Below, piece after piece: positions 61,050 through 64,000 of a stretch of 64,000 nt of DNA (its first letter is position 1; the number at the start of each line of letters is the position of its first letter). The stretch lies in NCBI RefSeq assembly GCF_009914755.1, contig NC_060941.1; one strand, given 5' to 3'. The notes below the pieces were generated by a model that did no database searches, had not been told where the DNA came from, and saw only the letters and a list, made by a program, of their open reading frames with translations. This stretch comes from the human T2T-CHM13v2.0 reference genome, Homo sapiens. The position numbers and the translations under genes are program-made.

Positions 61050-62760
61050 ACTCACTACCCTACACACCTTCTGGCTATTATCTTCTTTCTTTCCCTGGAG
61101 ACTCAAGCACTGTGATGTCTCCATTTTTCTCACCTCCTTATTGTAGTTCAGCCCACCTGCAGCCAGACTGCACCTCAACTACTCATCCAAACCCGTGTCT
61201 TCCCAGGTCAACAGTCACCTTGTGGCCAAAACCAGTAGAGGCTCCTTGTCCTCATTCTATAGAAGTTCCCTGCCTTGACACTGTCCTCTCTTCCTTGGGC
61301 TTCTGGGACATTAATCCCTCCAGGCCTTACTGCTTCAAAAACATGACATAACTGTTTATCATGTCAAGAACTCTGCTAAGAATTTTACATATGTCCTTAT
61401 TTCAACATAACAATATCTGTATAAAGGGTATGTTATATGCAATTTTACGGAAGACAAAACAGGCTTGGAGAACCTTGTCCAAAGTCACAAGGCAGGAATG
61501 TGGCTGTGCTGGTTTTCCCAAGGAGACCCTCTTAGCACTATAATCATGACAATAAAAAGCATCAGCCCCGACTTACCTTACTGGCTGATTATTTTCTCTA
61601 TTCTGAATCTTTCCATTTTACATGAAACGTTTTCATTTAAGCAGGGCATAGAAATCCTGCAAATGCTTCCCTCGTGTCAGGTAACATACCAGCTTTTCAT
61701 AGACTTTTCCTCAGCAAAACAAGCCTCAGACAGTTGCTATTATCCCTATTTTACATTTAAGGAAACAATGGTTGAAAGAGATTGCCCCAAATCACAGAGC
61801 TCGCTCTTTGTCGGCCTTCATAGCCCCCTCCATCCCATCAGCCCCCTCTTCCCCCTCCTTCCTGCACTCTAGCTAGGAAGACCTCAACCATACACATGGT
61901 TTTAACCCTACACTGTCAACCTCAACCCTGCATTTCAGCCTCTTCTAGGTGCAAAACCAGTTATCCATCATATTCCAAGGTCATCTCAACCAAAAGAAAA
62001 ACACATAAAAAGGGCCAGGCACGGTGGCTCACGCCTGTAATCCCAGCAGTTAGGGAGGCCGAGGTGGGCAGATCACAAGGTCAGGAGTTCGAGACCAGCC
62101 TGACCAATATGGTGAAACCTTGTCTCTACTAAAAATACAAAAATTAGCCAGGCGTGGTGGTGCGCACCTGTAGTCCCGGCTACTCGGGAGGCTGAGGCAG
62201 GAAAAATGTCTTGAACCCGGGAGAGGGAGGCTGCAGTGAGTCAAGATCATGCCACTGCGCTCCAGCCTGGGCGACAGAGTGAGACTCCATCTCTCAAAAA
62301 AAAAAAAAAAAGAAAGAAAGAAAAATACATAAAAAGAAAAGATCACAGACATAGTCATCTTTCCTCCAAAACTTAAATGTCTTCTCCCTCCACTTCTCCT
62401 AATGAACCACACCACCACTTTCACCACGACATCAGAAATGGGCAAAGCATTCTTACCCCATCCCACCTCCCTCATTCTCCGCATCAAGGTAGTCCCCAAT
62501 TTCTGTTAGCTCCATCACACCACGAAGTGAGCCCACCTGACTCACATTGCCCCCCATTTTCATGCACACTCATCTTTTCTTGCAAGGATCCCTTAAATTA
62601 CCTCCTGATTGGCCTCTCTGTCTCCAACATCACACACCTTCAACAGTTAAATCCACAATGCTGCAAAGCAATCTTTCTAAATCTGAAGTGCTACCCTGCT
62701 GCTTAAACTCTGAAGTGACATGCCTCGTTGCTTTCCCAATCTCCACCTCATCCATTCCCC
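61050..62760 (+). mobile_element. Fragmented L2 with embedded MIR pieces (~61340-61530, ~61690-61800) and an Alu
   Basis: ctcttccttgggcttctgggaca, cctcctgattggcctctctgtctcca...aatctttctaaatctgaagtg. Confidence 0.65.
62013..62318 (+). mobile_element. AluSg-like
   Basis: gatcacaaggtcaggagttcgagaccagcctgaccaatatgg. 18-bp TSD agaaaaa(c/t)acataaaaag. Confidence 0.92.
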
Positions 62761-63299
62761 ACTGGAGCAGCTATGGGTTTATGCGGGGTCGACCACTCCT
62801 CTTGATCATGATGGACAAGATTCCAGACCTGAGACCATCAACATATGGAATTCCCTATCCATGATTTAGAGTTAGCATGGAACCCAGTTGGTCTAATCAG
62901 GATGACAGGGTGATCTCAGGATGTTTGTTGGATCATTAAGAGAAAAACTTAAACCTTCTCTTATCTCCAAACATAAATGAAAAGTAAGTGTTGGTGCCAT
63001 CTTGTAACAACCAGGCCAGTCAATCTTTTAAACCTGACGTTTCAGAAGATTCTAAAGTTCTGAGCTATTAAAATAAAAGTCATTCAGGAAAACCAGTGTG
63101 TATGTCAGGCCTTTTGAGATGTGTCTTTTCATCTTGAGTACTTCCTCTGTGTATACAAATACCATTGTTGGAAACTCTGTGAAGATAATAATTGCATTTT
63201 TCTCATATTACATTAGCTTGTTTCATATGAAACTGCAGTTTTTGTGGATCAAAATGGTGGAATCTTGGCATTTCATATGGTTCAACCTGATAAATGTCC

Positions 63300-64000
63300 A
63301 TCTCTCTGTTTATCTTCTAAGTTCCTTAAAATCAAGAAACACCTTGGTGGTACTGGAGCCTAGCAGTGTGTTTTTCTATTAGTAGTTTGATAAATGTTTG
63401 TCTAATTGAATTGAACAGAGACATTCAATATAATACTCTGCTTCTGAGATAAGGCTCTACACTTTCCACCTAAATTTTGAGGCTTCCTGCTCTGCCTCCT
63501 TCCTTGGCTGTTCCTTGTCCACAACCTGTAAGTGTAAGAATTCTCAGGGTCCTTTTATCTTTTCACTTAAGGCAGTTTTCTGATGGTCTCATGGACTCCC
63601 ATGAATTTGTTCATCCCCCCACCCCCAACAAACAAACACACAGGCACATTCGCCACACATATGTCTTCAGTTCCAACTCCTCTCCCAAACTCGAAGCTGA
63701 ATTTTCCAATTACTTACAGGACATCCATATGTAGATGTGTAGGTATCATCTCTCTGCAGACGTCACAAAATAAAACTCATGATGTACCTATTTCCTATAC
63801 ACAGACGTTTCCTACCTATCTGATCTCCTTTCACACCCCATCTTAGTTAACAGCACTCCATCTTCCCAGTGGCACAAGCTCAAAATCTTGTCATTATCCC
63901 ACACTTAATCACTGTTCACTGTCAAATTCTGCCTCCACATCCCTTCTGTTTCTAAGTCCCTCTTCCGTCTCCCCTTCGTTACACACATTGCCAATGTCCC
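63300..64000 (+). mobile_element. L2 fragments (3' terminus ~63300-63415, body ~63560-64000)
   Basis: tgataaatgtttgtctaattgaattgaa, catcttagttaacagcactccatcttcccagtggcacaagctcaaaatcttg. Confidence 0.75.

Overview
This is repeat-rich, AT-leaning primate genomic DNA, almost certainly human because it carries an AluYb-lineage element at 23661. It reads as intergenic or deep-intronic. I find no protein-coding gene, CpG island, tRNA/rRNA gene or CRISPR array. The supplied ORFs are Alu-, L1- or microsatellite-derived, or are chance short ORFs. The window holds about 27 Alu/FLAM elements, several L1 fragments (old L1M bodies and L1PA/L1MA 3' ends), L2 and MIR relics, solo LTRs (MST, MLT1, MLT2, MER4A, MER31/34/39 group) and DNA-transposon fossils (Tigger3, MER2, MER33, MER5, MER30, MER63). 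I do not see a new biological system. The best observations concern mutational mechanism and insertion history: (i) an L1PA insertion with a probable 21-bp 3' transduction inside its TSD; (ii) a near-consensus AluYb element that may be polymorphic; (iii) two Alu stacks where AluY re-used the 5' TSD of an older AluS; (iv) a perfect 21-bp-arm palindrome that includes an Alu tail; (v) a four-level MIR>LTR>MER4A>Alu nest with all TSDs readable; (vi) an antisense mRNA-3'-end-like insert inside an old L1; (vii) repeat-poor, homeodomain-motif-rich candidate enhancers. Family names come from recalled consensus sequences, not a database search. Boundaries of ancient repeats are approximate.
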